Shown: piece after piece, positions 1 to 10,445 of the stretch
Layout of the letters: every line of letters starts with the position of its first letter
Position numbering within the stretch: position 1 is the stretch's first letter
Assembly (NCBI GenBank): GCA_963726195.1
Contig: CAVSBO010000015.1
Location: 65,275-129,274 of the forward strand
Direction of reading: 5' to 3'
Length of the DNA stretch: 64,000 nucleotides
Source: Candidatus Thorarchaeota archaeon
GTDB taxonomy: Archaea > Asgardarchaeota > Thorarchaeia > Thorarchaeales > Thorarchaeaceae
Notes under the pieces: model-generated
The model's database searches: none
Seen by the model: only the letters and a program-made list of their open reading frames with translations
What the model was told of the DNA's origin: nothing
Position numbers and translations under genes: made by a program

Positions 1-99
1 CGATGCGTTGATGCCGGCCATCCCTGCACCTATTACTAAGACATCTGTTATCTTGGGTGCTGCTTTAGGTGCTACCTTCTTGGTCGTCTTTGTGACCAT
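1..99 (-). CDS. FAD/NAD(P)-binding oxidoreductase, first 33 codons only (gene runs off the window start)
   Basis: Reverse-strand translation from the ATG at 99-97 reads MVTKTTKKVAPKAAPKITDVLVIGAGMAGINAS. DVLVIGAGMAG is a GxGxxG dinucleotide-binding start. The piece is too short to appear in the ORF track. Confidence 0.4.
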   Translation of the reverse strand, partial: MVTKTTKKVAPKAAPKITDVLVIGAGMAGINAS

Positions 100-309
100 C
101 AGTAAAGATCTCCGGGCTGCGGTTCTATCAAGGGCGACACCCTGAGAGTCGATATAATCTTTCTGTCAGAGGCCAAGCATTGAGGGCATCTCACCTCGTT
201 GCTTAATCCACATCCATCTGGCGAGATGGAAGCTCACGGGGGTTCTACGTTTGCGAACAGCCCGTCTAATGAGAGCCCAAGATGTATCTATGGGCAAAGC
301 ACATAGCGT

Positions 310-1695
310 CTACTCTCTGGAAGTTTCTCGTAGTCGCTCTGCCTTTTCCTTGTGCATCTTTTCCATTGCTTCTCTTACAGCATTTAGTCTCTCTCCATGA
401 AGAGGGTAGTACTTCAAGCAGGCTAGTGCTAATGCCATGGCTATGAGCGGGATTGTCGTCATGGCTAGTCTGAATATCAGACTGATTTCCGGGGTTGGAG
501 GCATACCGCCTTGGTATCCCGTCAGACCGAAAACCACTGCTGCCGTCAACCCACTCAGGACAAACCCAAACCTGCCAAGGAAGCCGTTCATTCCGAAGTA
601 GACTCCCTCTCTCCTGATTCCCGAGTAGACCTCATCTTCGTCAATGATCTCACTCACCATGACCTCGGGGAGCATCATGTATCCGGAGAGGCCAATGCCA
701 GCAAGTAACATCACGGGCAACACTTGGGTAAGACCCGAAACAAACAGAAATGGTTGGAGCGAAATAGCGAAGACAGTCATGGTCACGATGAAGCATTTTC
801 TGGTTCCATATTTCCTGTAAGCTCTAGCCCATACCGCAAGACAGGGCAGCGCGGAAACGAACATGCCCAGCAGGAGGATTGTCACGTCCCCTGGTGATAT
901 ACCCATGATGTTAGTTGCAAAGAACTGGAGCATGCTGTCCATCCATAGGAAGGCATACTGGATCATCAGGTTGGCCACAGCGAAAATGAGGAATGTTCTA
1001 TTCCTTAGCGTGGTCTTGAGGGTTTGGCCAAGTGATGGATTCGCTTCCAAGCTCACTCCTTTCTTTCTTTATTCCAGATTACAGAGATTATGAAAGGTAA
1101 GGACCCGACTGCACCCAAGAACAATCCAACCAGTCTATACGCATCATATACTGTCATTGCCTTCGAGAGATTTTCAATCATCATTGGCATGGAGAAAGCC
1201 AGTATGAGAACCTAATGCAGCGAACAGCTGTCGGGCAAGCTGAGCCTGCGATCTATCCTTAGGAGTTTCGTAGAGTTCCGGAAACATGGAAACGTAAGGA
1301 ACGCTGACCAGCGTGTAGAAGCCGTCGAAGGCGATTATGGTGAGAAGGAAATAGATGAAAATCGGGATATTGAATGGTTCCGATAACGGAAGATTCGTCG
1401 CCGGGGGAGTCCAGACCAATAGGTAAGTGACAAAGAGAAAGATTGCGCCAATGAGTATGTAAGGTCTTCTTCTTCCCCACCTAGAACGAGTTCGGTCCGA
1501 GAGAACGCCGAAAAGTGGATCATTGATTGCATTCCACACGCCGTAAATCGCTATGGCTATTCCGTAGAGGACTCCATCGAGTCCGATGTATTTCTTATCG
1601 ACATAGAAGGTCAAAGCGAACGTCGCGAAAGCATTGTAGAGCAAAGACGCTCCCAAGTTTCCCGAAGCATAGCTTATCTTCGCTCCCAAACCCAT
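310..1695 (-). pseudogene. GPH/MFS-type sugar:cation symporter, interrupted by two compensating frameshifts
   Basis: The N-terminal half (1174-1695: GNLGASLLYNAF...NDPLFGVLSDRTRSRWGRRRPYIL) is typical of MelB/GPH symporters. The C-terminal half (310-1056) continues with hydrophobic segments. The bridge 1057-1173 is open only in the third frame (FSMPMMIENLSKAMTVYDAYRLVGLFLGAVGSLPFIISVIW). The total span is a multiple of 3. Confidence 0.6.
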
Positions 1696-1923
1696 GTTCG
1701 CAGCTCCCTATCTGCCCGTTGACTGTCAGGTCTTGTTGCCTTCGTTCTGCACTACGGCTCACGGGCATTTATCCGGATTACTTTAACTTGCTCCTCATCT
1801 GGATTACGTCTGAAGTCGTCGGTCTGTGTAGCTGAATGAGCATCCTGACTAGAGGTTACATACTCGAGCTAATACACAGAAGATAAATCCACGATTGCAT
1901 TCCGTTCGGGTTAAGGTATTTGG

Positions 1924-2256
1924 ATGTCCCAAGAGAAGATACTGGCTCACCTCAAGGAAATTGCCAAGCGATTCGATGACCCAAAGATACAGAAGAGATT
2001 CGTGGGCTACAATAAGACGCTCCAGTTTGTGTTTCCCGACATCAAAGCGAGCATGTACCTGAAGATTGGCGACGGGAAAGTTCTTGCAGTCGGAGAAGGA
2101 GTAGTGCCAGCGGAACTGCAGGTGACAATGGACTCTACGGTCTTTCTTGGCATAATGGCAAAGACAGAAAGCCCGATGGCTGCGTATTCTGCAGGCAAGC
2201 TCAAGACAAAAGGCGAGGTCCCCGATCTGCTGAAGTTGCAGAAGCTCCTGCTGTAG
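1924..2256 (+). CDS. SCP2 (sterol carrier protein 2-like) domain protein
   Basis: The 110-aa product ends in AAYSAGKLKTKGEVPDLLKLQKLLL, matching the SCP2 C-terminal G-k-l-k-x-k-G motif. It is a paralogue of 7360-7707. Confidence 0.7.
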   Translation: MSQEKILAHLKEIAKRFDDPKIQKRFVGYNKTLQFVFPDIKASMYLKIGDGKVLAVGEGVVPAELQVTMDSTVFLGIMAKTESPMAAYSAGKLKTKGEVPDLLKLQKLLL

Positions 2257-2363
2257 GTTTAGACATCCACTTCTCAGGTTAGTATCGTTTCATCGGTCCT
2301 TGTTTATAGTATGTGAGCTGAGATTTGTTGCTTGTGACGGCATTCCTAACTTGACGAGATTGC

Positions 2364-3431
2364 ATGAATGTTTTAAAGGGGCGCTCATTCCGGTTCAACA
2401 CGCGAGCCCCGGTGATAGACTTGAGAGTACTCATAACTGCGCCATTTTCCGAATCAGGACTGAAGACAATCAGAGATGCCGGTGTGACGGTTGTGCACCA
2501 GAGCTGGCTCGAGACCGGCAAGCTCTACCTAGGCGACTCTTTCATCAAGCCGATTAAAGAAGCCGGTGCTGAAATCATCGTGGTGGAGGGCGATGAAGTC
2601 AAGGAAGAGGTGATTGCCGGCACTTCTCTCAGGCTAATAGGGTCTGCCAGGAATGATCCAAACAACATTTCCATCCCGGCTGCGACCGCAAAGAAGATTC
2701 CTGTAATCAGTGCGCCGGGCAGGAACACGAATGCGGTCGCGGAGCTTACAATAGGACTGATGTTGAGCGTTGCCCGCAAGATTGTATCATGTGAACGTTT
2801 TCTGAAGAGCGACTTCTTTGTGAACGATTTCAGCGATTTCGCACGTATGTACAAGACATTGACGGGCTTCGAGCTGAACGGGCGAACCGTGGGCATCATC
2901 GGTCTTGGTTCGATTGGGTTTGAGGTCGCGAAGCGGCTCCAAGCGTTTGGCGCCCGGCTTCTTGTCTTTGACCCGTATGTAGACAATGCAAGAGTTCGTC
3001 AAGTAGGAGCTGAGGTGGTGAAGCTTGATGAGCTTCTGAAACGCTCTGATATCGTAACGGTGCATTGTCCGCCAACGCCCGAAACAAAGGGAATGATTGG
3101 AGCTAAGCAGTTCGCACAGATGAAAAAGACAGCCATATTCATCAATACGGCAAGGGCGATAATCACCGATGAAGCGGCACTTCTTGATGCTCTTAAGTCC
3201 GGGACGATTGCCGGCGCAGGTCTTGATGTCTTTTCGATGGAGCCCATTGACTCCGACAATGTATTCCTGGGCCTTGACAACGTCGTTGTGACGCCACACA
3301 TGGGAGGCAACACAATCGACACTCTAGAACGTCAATCAGCAATGATTGCAGCCGACATTGTCGCCTTCGTCAAGGGCAAGAATCCGCAGCACGTACTGAA
3401 CCCTGAGGTGTTCGATAGGAGGGCCAAGTAG
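2364..3431 (+). CDS. D-isomer-specific 2-hydroxyacid dehydrogenase family (NAD-binding)
   Basis: GRTVGIIGLGSIGFEVAKRLQAFGARLLVFDPY is the NAD fold. The downstream INTARAIITDEAALLDALKSGTIAGAGLDVFSMEP...VVVTPHMGG catalytic region is also present. The true start may lie downstream of 2364. Confidence 0.85.
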   Translation: MNVLKGRSFRFNTRAPVIDLRVLITAPFSESGLKTIRDAGVTVVHQSWLETGKLYLGDSFIKPIKEAGAEIIVVEGDEVKEEVIAGTSLRLIGSARNDPNNISIPAATAKKIPVISAPGRNTNAVAELTIGLMLSVARKIVSCERFLKSDFFVNDFSDFARMYKTLTGFELNGRTVGIIGLGSIGFEVAKRLQAFGARLLVFDPYVDNARVRQVGAEVVKLDELLKRSDIVTVHCPPTPETKGMIGAKQFAQMKKTAIFINTARAIITDEAALLDALKSGTIAGAGLDVFSMEPIDSDNVFLGLDNVVVTPHMGGNTIDTLERQSAMIAADIVAFVKGKNPQHVLNPEVFDRRAK

Positions 3432-4940
3432 ATGGTAGTAGCAGCTATTGATGCCGGGACGACAGGTGTAAGATGCATGATCGTGAGTCGTCATGGCGAA
3501 GCCCTTGGAATAGGCCGAAGACCGTGGGGCTACACTACTCCTGCCAGTCTTGAAATAGCAAAGGAGTTCAGCCCCCAAGAGTTCTGGAAGCTTACATGCA
3601 CCGTTACTCGTGAGGCTCTGAAGGTCTCGGGCATCCCCAAATCGGAGATTGAGGCTGTCGCCACCACAAGCCAGCGCCATGGAGTCGTGATGCTTGACAA
3701 AGACGGACATGAGCTCTACGGAGGCCCGAATATGGATGCTCGTGGGGCCATGAGCCAGTATGTAATTGAGGACGCGCTCGGAGAAAAGTTCCATGAAATT
3801 TCGGGATGCTGGCCTCCAATGGTCTTTTCCCCTGCGCGGCTTGCTTGGTTCGAAGAAGAAGAGCCCGAGATTCGTCAAGCCGTTGCACATCTTCTTCCAA
3901 TTAACGACTGGATTACATACCGACTATCCGGTTCGTATGCGGCCGACCCTTCCTCTGCGAGTGGTACAGGCTTCCTAGATGTGAAGTCACGTGCTTGGAG
4001 TTCTGAGATAACGGATGCACTTGAAACCGACAAGTCAATCCTGCCAGAGATACACGAGGCGGGCACTGTCGTCGGGGAGGTCACCAAACAAGCAGAGAAG
4101 GATTGTGGGCTCCCAGCGGGTCTCAATGTTGTTCAAGGTGGGACTGACACTCACTGTGCCCTGCTCGCGACAGAGACGGGTGTCAACGAAGTCACTGCAA
4201 TAGCAGGCAGTACTGCGCCGTCGATGCTGGTTACAGACTGTGCGATATGTGTGCCTGATCAAAAGCTCTGGACAAGCTGCCATATGATTCCTGGCCAGTG
4301 GACTGTGGAGAGCAACTCCATGCTGACTGGTGCGCTCCTCGATTGGGTCGTGCACCTGCTTTGTGAACGTGCCGAAAACCCGGAGAAGTGCATCAGCCAA
4401 ATATACGGGAAGCTCTCGGAAATCATAGCCCCGGTTCCTCCGGGCAGCCATGAGACCTATGCTGGCCTAGGACCGAGCATCATGGACTGCAGAAAGATGA
4501 CAGAGGTTCCTCAAGCAAGGATCTTCTTCCCGCAGCCTGCTCTTCCAAGCGTTGTCTCTCTGGATACAGCGAGTTTGATTAATGCAGTTCTTGAGAATAT
4601 CACTTACTCAATACGTGGGAACTGCGACCAGCTGGCCGAGTTCGCGGAGGTAAAGGCATTGAAGGCGATAGGCGGCCTGACTCGTGCTCCTGCTTGGACA
4701 AAGATGCTTGCCAACGTAGTGAACAAACCAGTACATATCACGCTTCAATCCGAAGGTAGTCTCCTTGGCGCAGCAATCTGTGCGGCGCGTGGCGCTGGCT
4801 GGTATCCCAGCCTACAAGCTGCGGCTCATGCAATGGTACGGTGGAAACCAGTTGTCGAACCTGACGAGAGAGCGAATGCCTACAAGACGTGCTACTCTAA
4901 ATGGACAGAGATTTGGTGCGGTTTTCGAGGTGAACAGTAG
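3432..4940 (+). CDS. FGGY-family carbohydrate kinase (ketose/pentulose kinase type)
   Basis: The N-terminal AAIDAGTTGVRCMIV phosphate-1 motif and VVQGGTDTHCALLA are present. The length is 502 aa. It abuts the dehydrogenase stop and overlaps the aldolase start by 1 nt. Confidence 0.85.
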   Translation: MVVAAIDAGTTGVRCMIVSRHGEALGIGRRPWGYTTPASLEIAKEFSPQEFWKLTCTVTREALKVSGIPKSEIEAVATTSQRHGVVMLDKDGHELYGGPNMDARGAMSQYVIEDALGEKFHEISGCWPPMVFSPARLAWFEEEEPEIRQAVAHLLPINDWITYRLSGSYAADPSSASGTGFLDVKSRAWSSEITDALETDKSILPEIHEAGTVVGEVTKQAEKDCGLPAGLNVVQGGTDTHCALLATETGVNEVTAIAGSTAPSMLVTDCAICVPDQKLWTSCHMIPGQWTVESNSMLTGALLDWVVHLLCERAENPEKCISQIYGKLSEIIAPVPPGSHETYAGLGPSIMDCRKMTEVPQARIFFPQPALPSVVSLDTASLINAVLENITYSIRGNCDQLAEFAEVKALKAIGGLTRAPAWTKMLANVVNKPVHITLQSEGSLLGAAICAARGAGWYPSLQAAAHAMVRWKPVVEPDERANAYKTCYSKWTEIWCGFRGEQ

Positions 4941-5575
4941 TGTACGAGAAAGTGAAGAAAGAGATACAGGGTATCTGTAAGGAATTGCTGAAGGAAGGTC
5001 TTGTTGCCGGCACGGCGGGCAATGTGAGTGCAAGGGTCGATGATCATGTTGCGATAACATACAGTCAGAAGCATTACGACCAAATGCTCCCTGAGGATGT
5101 TATGATTCTGGACATGGAGGGGAATGTAGTCGAGGGTAAGATGAATCCCAGTTCGGAAACGCCAACGCACTTGGAGATTTACCATCAGAGAAAAGACGTC
5201 AATGCTGTGATACACACTCACAGCATGTATGCCACGGCGATGGCTATCTTGCACAAGCCTCTCCCGCCCGTCATTGACGAAGTGACGGCAAGGCTTGGCG
5301 GTGAGATACGAGTTTCCACTTACGCACAGCCCGGCTCAACCGCGCTAGGCAAAGCAGTGGTTGAAGGGCTTGAGATGAGAAGTGCTGTACTGATTGCCAA
5401 TCACGGAGCTCTGTGCTGCGACAGAACACTGAGGGATGCTTTCGACGACGCAGTCCTCCTTGAGAGAGCATGTAAGATATACATGCATGCGATTGCCCTC
5501 GGAGAACCGGTGCCTATCCCAGAAGATGTGCTTGAGAGCGAAGGGGACATTTGGAGAATAGTGAAGGGAGTATAG
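4940..5575 (+). CDS. Class II aldolase/adducin-family protein (FucA/AraD-like)
   Basis: AGNVSARV...NPSSETPTHLEIY...VNAVIHTHSMYATA...LIANHGALCCD are class II (zinc) aldolase motifs. The product is 211 aa. Confidence 0.8.
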   Translation: MYEKVKKEIQGICKELLKEGLVAGTAGNVSARVDDHVAITYSQKHYDQMLPEDVMILDMEGNVVEGKMNPSSETPTHLEIYHQRKDVNAVIHTHSMYATAMAILHKPLPPVIDEVTARLGGEIRVSTYAQPGSTALGKAVVEGLEMRSAVLIANHGALCCDRTLRDAFDDAVLLERACKIYMHAIALGEPVPIPEDVLESEGDIWRIVKGV

Positions 5576-5586
5576 GAGACCTGCAA

Positions 5587-7363
5587 GTGAAGGCCTATGC
5601 CGGCAAGATACTCGTCGCAGACCTAACAAAGGGAAAGACGAGTTCTATTGATACTGATTCTGCTCTCGCTGCCAAGTTCCTTGGTGGTGGCGGCTATGCC
5701 TGTGCGATGCTGTACGGCATAATGACCACTCCTCCTGATCCGCTTGGCCCAGAAAACTTTCTGCTATTCATGACAGGTCCACTGACTGGTACGACGGCTC
5801 CTTGCAGTGGTCGTCATGTTGTTTGTGCGAGGTCTCCTTTGACAGGATTCTGGGGCGAGTCAAACTCAGGTGGCCACTTCGGAGCCAATCTCAAGTTTTC
5901 GGGCTTCGATGGGATACTAATCAAGGGGCGAGCCAAGAAGCCCACCCTCCTTTTCATTGACGACGGTTCCCCGAGTCTGATTCCCGGGGAGCATGTCTGG
6001 GGTATGACTACCGACGCTGCTCAGGACAGAATCAAGCGCGACCTTGGAAGGGTGCAAGTCGCCTGCATCGGCCCTGCAGGAGAGAACAAGGTTCGATTTG
6101 CTAGCATAATGAACGACGAGAGATCAGCAGCTGAGATGCGGCCTTGGAGCAGTCATGGGTTCAAAGATGCTCAAGGCGATTGCAGTTCGAGGCAAGAATG
6201 AGGCCCCGCTAGCAGATCCCAGCGGTTTCAAGACGTTGGCTCAGAAAGCATTTCAGACTCTCGGTGAGCTTATGGCACCACTGAGAGAGTCGGGCACTGC
6301 AGTGTACGTAGACATAGGCATGGACTTCAATGATATGCCCATCAGGTATTTTCAGGAGACATCCTTCGACGTCTCATCACTCAATGCGAAGGCCATGGCA
6401 TCGATCCTGACAGGGAGGATTGCATGTCACTCATGTCCTATTGGTTGTGGTCGCAGGATTTCGATTCCTGAGATGGGTCTCGAGAACGTTGCTGGACCTG
6501 AATACCAGACAATCGCGGCTTTCGGAACGAACGTCATGAATGCCGACATAAAGCAAGTAGCCAGAATGAATAGGTTGTGCAATCAACTTGGCATGGACAC
6601 AGTATCATGCGGCAGTACTCTGGCTCTCGCAATGCACCTGCGCGAAACCGGTGCCCTCGACATAAATCTGGATTGGGGCGATACAGAAAAGATGGCGGAT
6701 ATGATTCAAGCCATCGCCACGCGCGAAGGGCAAGGGAATTTGCTTGCGGAAGGGTCCAAGAGACTTGGCGATTCTCTTGGTTCCAGTGACGAAGTCATAC
6801 ATGTGAAGGGAATGGAGGTTCCGAATCACGATCCTCGTGCATTCTCTGGGATGGCGACAATCTATGCCATAGCATCTCGCGGCGCCACACACCTTGAGGG
6901 AGATATGTACAGCGTTGACATGGGTGCTGACGTAAGGGAGCTCGGAATAAATAGTGGAGACCGGCTCGAGAATGAGGGCAAAGGAGTCATCGCCGCAAAG
7001 GCTCAGGACTATAGGGCCTTTTTCGATTCACTTGTGATGTGCCATTTTGCAATACTGCCGCTCCAAACGGTTGTTGACCTGGTCAGCTTGGCCACAGGGC
7101 GCACGATGAATATCACCGATATGCTGACCTTCGGCGCACGCAGTGTGACTATGAAACGATTGTACAATCTGAAGTGCGGTTTGACTCCGCAGGATGACAG
7201 ACTGCCTACCCAGCTTCTCAAGCCTTTGCCTGACAGTGCAACTGACGACTTTGCGCCGGATATCGGGCTCCAGCTGCGTGACTACTACAAATACCGAAGG
7301 TGGGATGAAAGAACGGGCAGGCCCAGCATCGAATCACTCAAGGAACTGGGACTGGAGTCTTAG
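5587..7363 (+). CDS. Aldehyde:ferredoxin oxidoreductase (tungsten AOR family), reading frame broken near 6125-6160
   Basis: The N-domain reads AYAGKILVADLTKGK...FMTGPLTGTTAPCSGRHVVCARSPLTGFWGESNSGGHFG. The continuation RCGLGAVMGSKMLKAIAVRG...GMEVPNHDPRAFSGMATIYAIASRGATHLEGD lies in another frame. The track shows two overlapping ORFs (5551-6201 and 6155-7363). The likely start is GTG 5587 (MKAYAGK), just after the aldolase stop. Confidence 0.8.
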
Positions 7364-7707
7364 GCACTCAGCAGACGCTGAAGCTTCAGCAAATCCCTGA
7401 CTGGCCCCTTTGGTTTAATCCGGCCCTCCATAGCTGCAATCGAGCCCGAGATTGTTCCATTAAGAACTCCCAGTATGGTCATACTGTCTGTCACTACTGT
7501 CATGTCCGGATTCTCCGGAGTCCCTTCTGTGGCGGACCCGTGTCCGTCTTGGAAGACCATCGTCACGTCGAGTCCTATGTCACTGAAGCTCATGAGCAGA
7601 GTTTTGTTGTACCCCTTGAAGTGCTTCATCATCTTGGGATCTTCTGTCTTGGCAGCCATCTTGCGCATTGCTTGCATAATATCTTCCTTAGTTGCCACAG
7701 TGTTCAC
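7360..7707 (-). CDS. SCP2 domain protein (paralogue of 1924-2256)
   Basis: KHFKGYNKTLLMSFSDI and AAMEGRIKPKGPVRDLLKLQRLLSA mirror KRFVGYNKTLQFVFPDI and GKLKTKGEVPDLLKLQKLLL in the first copy. It is convergent with AOR, with a 4-nt overlap. Confidence 0.7.
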   Translation of the reverse strand: MNTVATKEDIMQAMRKMAAKTEDPKMMKHFKGYNKTLLMSFSDIGLDVTMVFQDGHGSATEGTPENPDMTVVTDSMTILGVLNGTISGSIAAMEGRIKPKGPVRDLLKLQRLLSA

Positions 7708-7801
7708 GCCTCTGGTCTATGATGTTGGCATTTCCAGTTTGACCAATGCTTAGAATTGTAATGCCTATACAAAAGCTTGCCGAGCCATTTCTTGCTCGCG
7801 C

Positions 7802-8815
7802 GTGATGGCAATCGGACATGCGCAATGGCATGTCCGTATCAGACACCTTATTTCGTGTCCCAAGACGGCTTCAAAACGGCGTAACACCGTGCAGATAGCT
7901 CAGGATCTTCTACTCAGATTCGGTTTGTTCTATCTCCTGATACTAGTAGGATACTTGATGAGCAGGGTGTCACAGAAAGTATTCACATTCGGCAAGCTCC
8001 TCAACTCTCTTCTGATTAACTTGTTTCTACCTTTTCTCGTGCTCTATACGCTTCTGAATGCATCCGGTCAGGCCCTCGTGGAACTCTCTGCTATCATCGG
8101 GATAGCAGTATTTGTCCACGTTCTCGGCGCGGCCCTAATGCTCGTGAGACTCAGGAAGTCGAAACTCGAGCGAAGGGCACAAGGGGCTCTGCTGCTTTCT
8201 GCTGCGTACCCCAACAGCATCTTCTTGCCGATTCCACTTGTCCTGATTTTCATAGGACCGCAGGGTATTCCGATTGTAGCACTGTTTTCCGTTGTCCAAG
8301 TAACGCTTCTAGCTTTTCTGGGCCCGATTGTGGGCTCAGCGTATGGCGGCAAGAAGTCCGACTGGAAGTCTGCCGCCCGGAAAGTCCTCCTGTTTCCACC
8401 TCTGCTGGCAGTATTCCTTGCGCTTGCGCTGATGACCTTAGGTGTAGTTTTGCCAACCATCGTGACGTCGGGTCTCTCTCTGAGCGGCACACTGACGACG
8501 TATCTGGCACTACTTGAGGTAGGCATTAGCGTCGGACATCGCTTCACCTTGGTCGATGCAAGGACCGCGTTAGATGCGATAGTCGTTCGCCAGCTTGTTG
8601 TACCTGCGATTGTTTTCGTTCTTCTGCTATTCATGGGCCTATCCCAAGTCACTTCGAAGGTTCTTATCTTAGAAGCCATGATGCCAGCGGCGGTAACAAC
8701 AGTCGTCTACACGGCAGGTCTGAACCTAGACTCTGAGCTGACGGCGACGGTTGTTACGGTCGGTACGTTGTTGCTTCTCCCGACAATTCCTATTCTGTGG
8801 TTAATAATCGGGTAG
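7802..8815 (+). CDS. AEC (auxin efflux carrier) family transporter
   Basis: It is polytopic and hydrophobic throughout. LNSLLINLFLPFLVLYTLL and the two-halves organisation are typical of the AEC family. The start is probably internal to the listed ORF. Confidence 0.7.
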   Translation: MMAIGHAQWHVRIRHLISCPKTASKRRNTVQIAQDLLLRFGLFYLLILVGYLMSRVSQKVFTFGKLLNSLLINLFLPFLVLYTLLNASGQALVELSAIIGIAVFVHVLGAALMLVRLRKSKLERRAQGALLLSAAYPNSIFLPIPLVLIFIGPQGIPIVALFSVVQVTLLAFLGPIVGSAYGGKKSDWKSAARKVLLFPPLLAVFLALALMTLGVVLPTIVTSGLSLSGTLTTYLALLEVGISVGHRFTLVDARTALDAIVVRQLVVPAIVFVLLLFMGLSQVTSKVLILEAMMPAAVTTVVYTAGLNLDSELTATVVTVGTLLLLPTIPILWLIIG

Positions 8816-8910
8816 GCGGTCTTAGCGCCCGCTTGTGAAATACTTCATAGACTACTCCATCCGAACGCATATATGACGCAGTTCATAGTCACTTGCAAGC
8901 AGTGAGTTGA

Positions 8911-9234
8911 ATGAGCGGACGCGGTTCTGAAAAGGAGCGAGACCCCAGCAAGATCAAGAGGTCGCTCGATGATGCAGTGCACAAGCTTGACCAAGAGCCT
9001 AGTTCCAGCGAGAGCTGGGGTGAAACCCTGTCTCAGAATCGAGAGGAGTGGGAGGAACTCAAGAGGAAAATCAAGGAACGACAGAGAGCGCTGAAGGCTC
9101 TGGTGCGTGAGAAGAGGGCAGGCACGATCGGCACAGAGGAATTTGATAGGAACTACAAAGCCCTACAAGATGAACTCACGGAACTCGAGTTTGAAGTTTA
9201 CAACATGCGACTAGGAACAGACCTGCATGTTTGA
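8911..9234 (+). CDS. Hypothetical charged coiled-coil protein
   Basis: This is a 107-aa K/E-rich ORF with heptad-like stretches (EEWEELKRKIKERQRALKALVREKRAG). I recognised no family. Confidence 0.35.
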   Translation: MSGRGSEKERDPSKIKRSLDDAVHKLDQEPSSSESWGETLSQNREEWEELKRKIKERQRALKALVREKRAGTIGTEEFDRNYKALQDELTELEFEVYNMRLGTDLHV

Positions 9235-9258
9235 TTCTCCCATGCTAATCATCGTCGA

Positions 9259-10347
9259 CTATTCATGCTTCGCGCGCTGAATAAGTACTACAGTTTCGAT
9301 TATCGCCACAGTCGCCAACAAACCTGAAATCATAATCAGTACAAGGTTGATAACGTTGCTTGAGTCAGCGGAGGTCTTGTGCTCAAGGGCAGAGACCAAG
9401 ACCCCAAGGTTGTATGACATCATTGCCACGTAATCTGCGAGGCCTGAGAACGACACAGTATTCCACCAAAGCAGTGTGCCTCCATTGTCTTGGACAAGTT
9501 GTACTGCATACTCTCCGCCGGTCTCTAGCCGAGAGACATCAGATCCGAGGATTAGTTGGATGGAACCGTTCTTGAGTGCATCTCCGACTCTTTTGAGTTC
9601 ATCAGGGGAGATAAATACGTTCTCAACCTGTAGCACAGCGTCGCATTTGATCCAGAATGCTTCCGCTACGTAGGCCTCCTCTGCAGCGACCGCAATCGCT
9701 CTCATGCTATGGAAATGGTACTTCGCGTCCTGTATGGCGACAACGCTTTCGAAAGACTGAACGCTAGCTACGAATTGCCTGAAGTTTGCATCCCAGACAC
9801 TGGACATTGCAGAGTTGAGAATCCCGAGAGCTGCACGCGTTGCGTTCGCTATCGCAATTGCGTTTCGCGGCAATAGCCAGTATCCATGTGGGTTGGCGTT
9901 TTCTTCTTGGGTTGTTTGGTTGCCTATCCCTGCGCCGGGCATGGGCGACAGTAATGCCCCGTAGTCTTCGTATCGTCCCATCGCGCTGCTATCCTTCAAG
10001 CTCACGAATGGTTTGCCTGTCTCGTTGATTAACTCAGATTCCCACGCGAAGTGACCCGTAAGAACGAGCAGGTCCGCAGCGTTAGCAGTATTCACAACAT
10101 CCAAGGTTAGCTGAGATTCATGGGGATCTATTCCTTCAGGGAACAGGGTGGATGCATTAACATATCCTCCTCCAATCCGCTGCGCAATTCCCGTGAGAGG
10201 AGAAATGGCCCCTGCAATCTTCAGAACAGACGAACTAGTAACGGAAGGCAAAGCAGTTGCTGTCGCTGGACAAAGTGTCAGAAACAAAACGGAAACGACA
10301 ACAATCATGGCTCTATCCGCGGCCACTATTCCCATCTCGGACTTCAT
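9259..10347 (-). CDS. Metal ABC transporter substrate-binding protein (ZnuA/TroA cluster-9 family), membrane-anchored
   Basis: An N-terminal signal/TM segment is followed by FPEGIDPHESQLTLDVVNTANAADLLVLTGHFAWESEL and NPHGYWLLPRNAIAIANA, which match the dPH...ADl.v.nG and PH.Wl.p motifs. A C-terminal TM anchor is also present. Confidence 0.8.
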   Translation of the reverse strand: MKSEMGIVAADRAMIVVVSVLFLTLCPATATALPSVTSSSVLKIAGAISPLTGIAQRIGGGYVNASTLFPEGIDPHESQLTLDVVNTANAADLLVLTGHFAWESELINETGKPFVSLKDSSAMGRYEDYGALLSPMPGAGIGNQTTQEENANPHGYWLLPRNAIAIANATRAALGILNSAMSSVWDANFRQFVASVQSFESVVAIQDAKYHFHSMRAIAVAAEEAYVAEAFWIKCDAVLQVENVFISPDELKRVGDALKNGSIQLILGSDVSRLETGGEYAVQLVQDNGGTLLWWNTVSFSGLADYVAMMSYNLGVLVSALEHKTSADSSNVINLVLIMISGLLATVAIIETVVLIQRAKHE

Positions 10348-10445
10348 GTGATATTAACATTTCATGAAATGCTAATATTCTTAAGGATTCCGGCCAGTGA
10401 TGAAATACGCTCTCACGTTGCAGTGAATCGTTTCTGTCAAACATA

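Noticed and set aside
8068-8679. A 203-aa minus-strand ORF. Similar long antisense ORFs occur at 52456-53139, 32526-33071, 2525-3322, 20875-21150 and 21573-21995.
   Set aside because: All lie antisense to, or out of frame within, genes with clear family motifs. They have Arg/Ser/Pro-rich, low-information composition typical of shadow ORFs.
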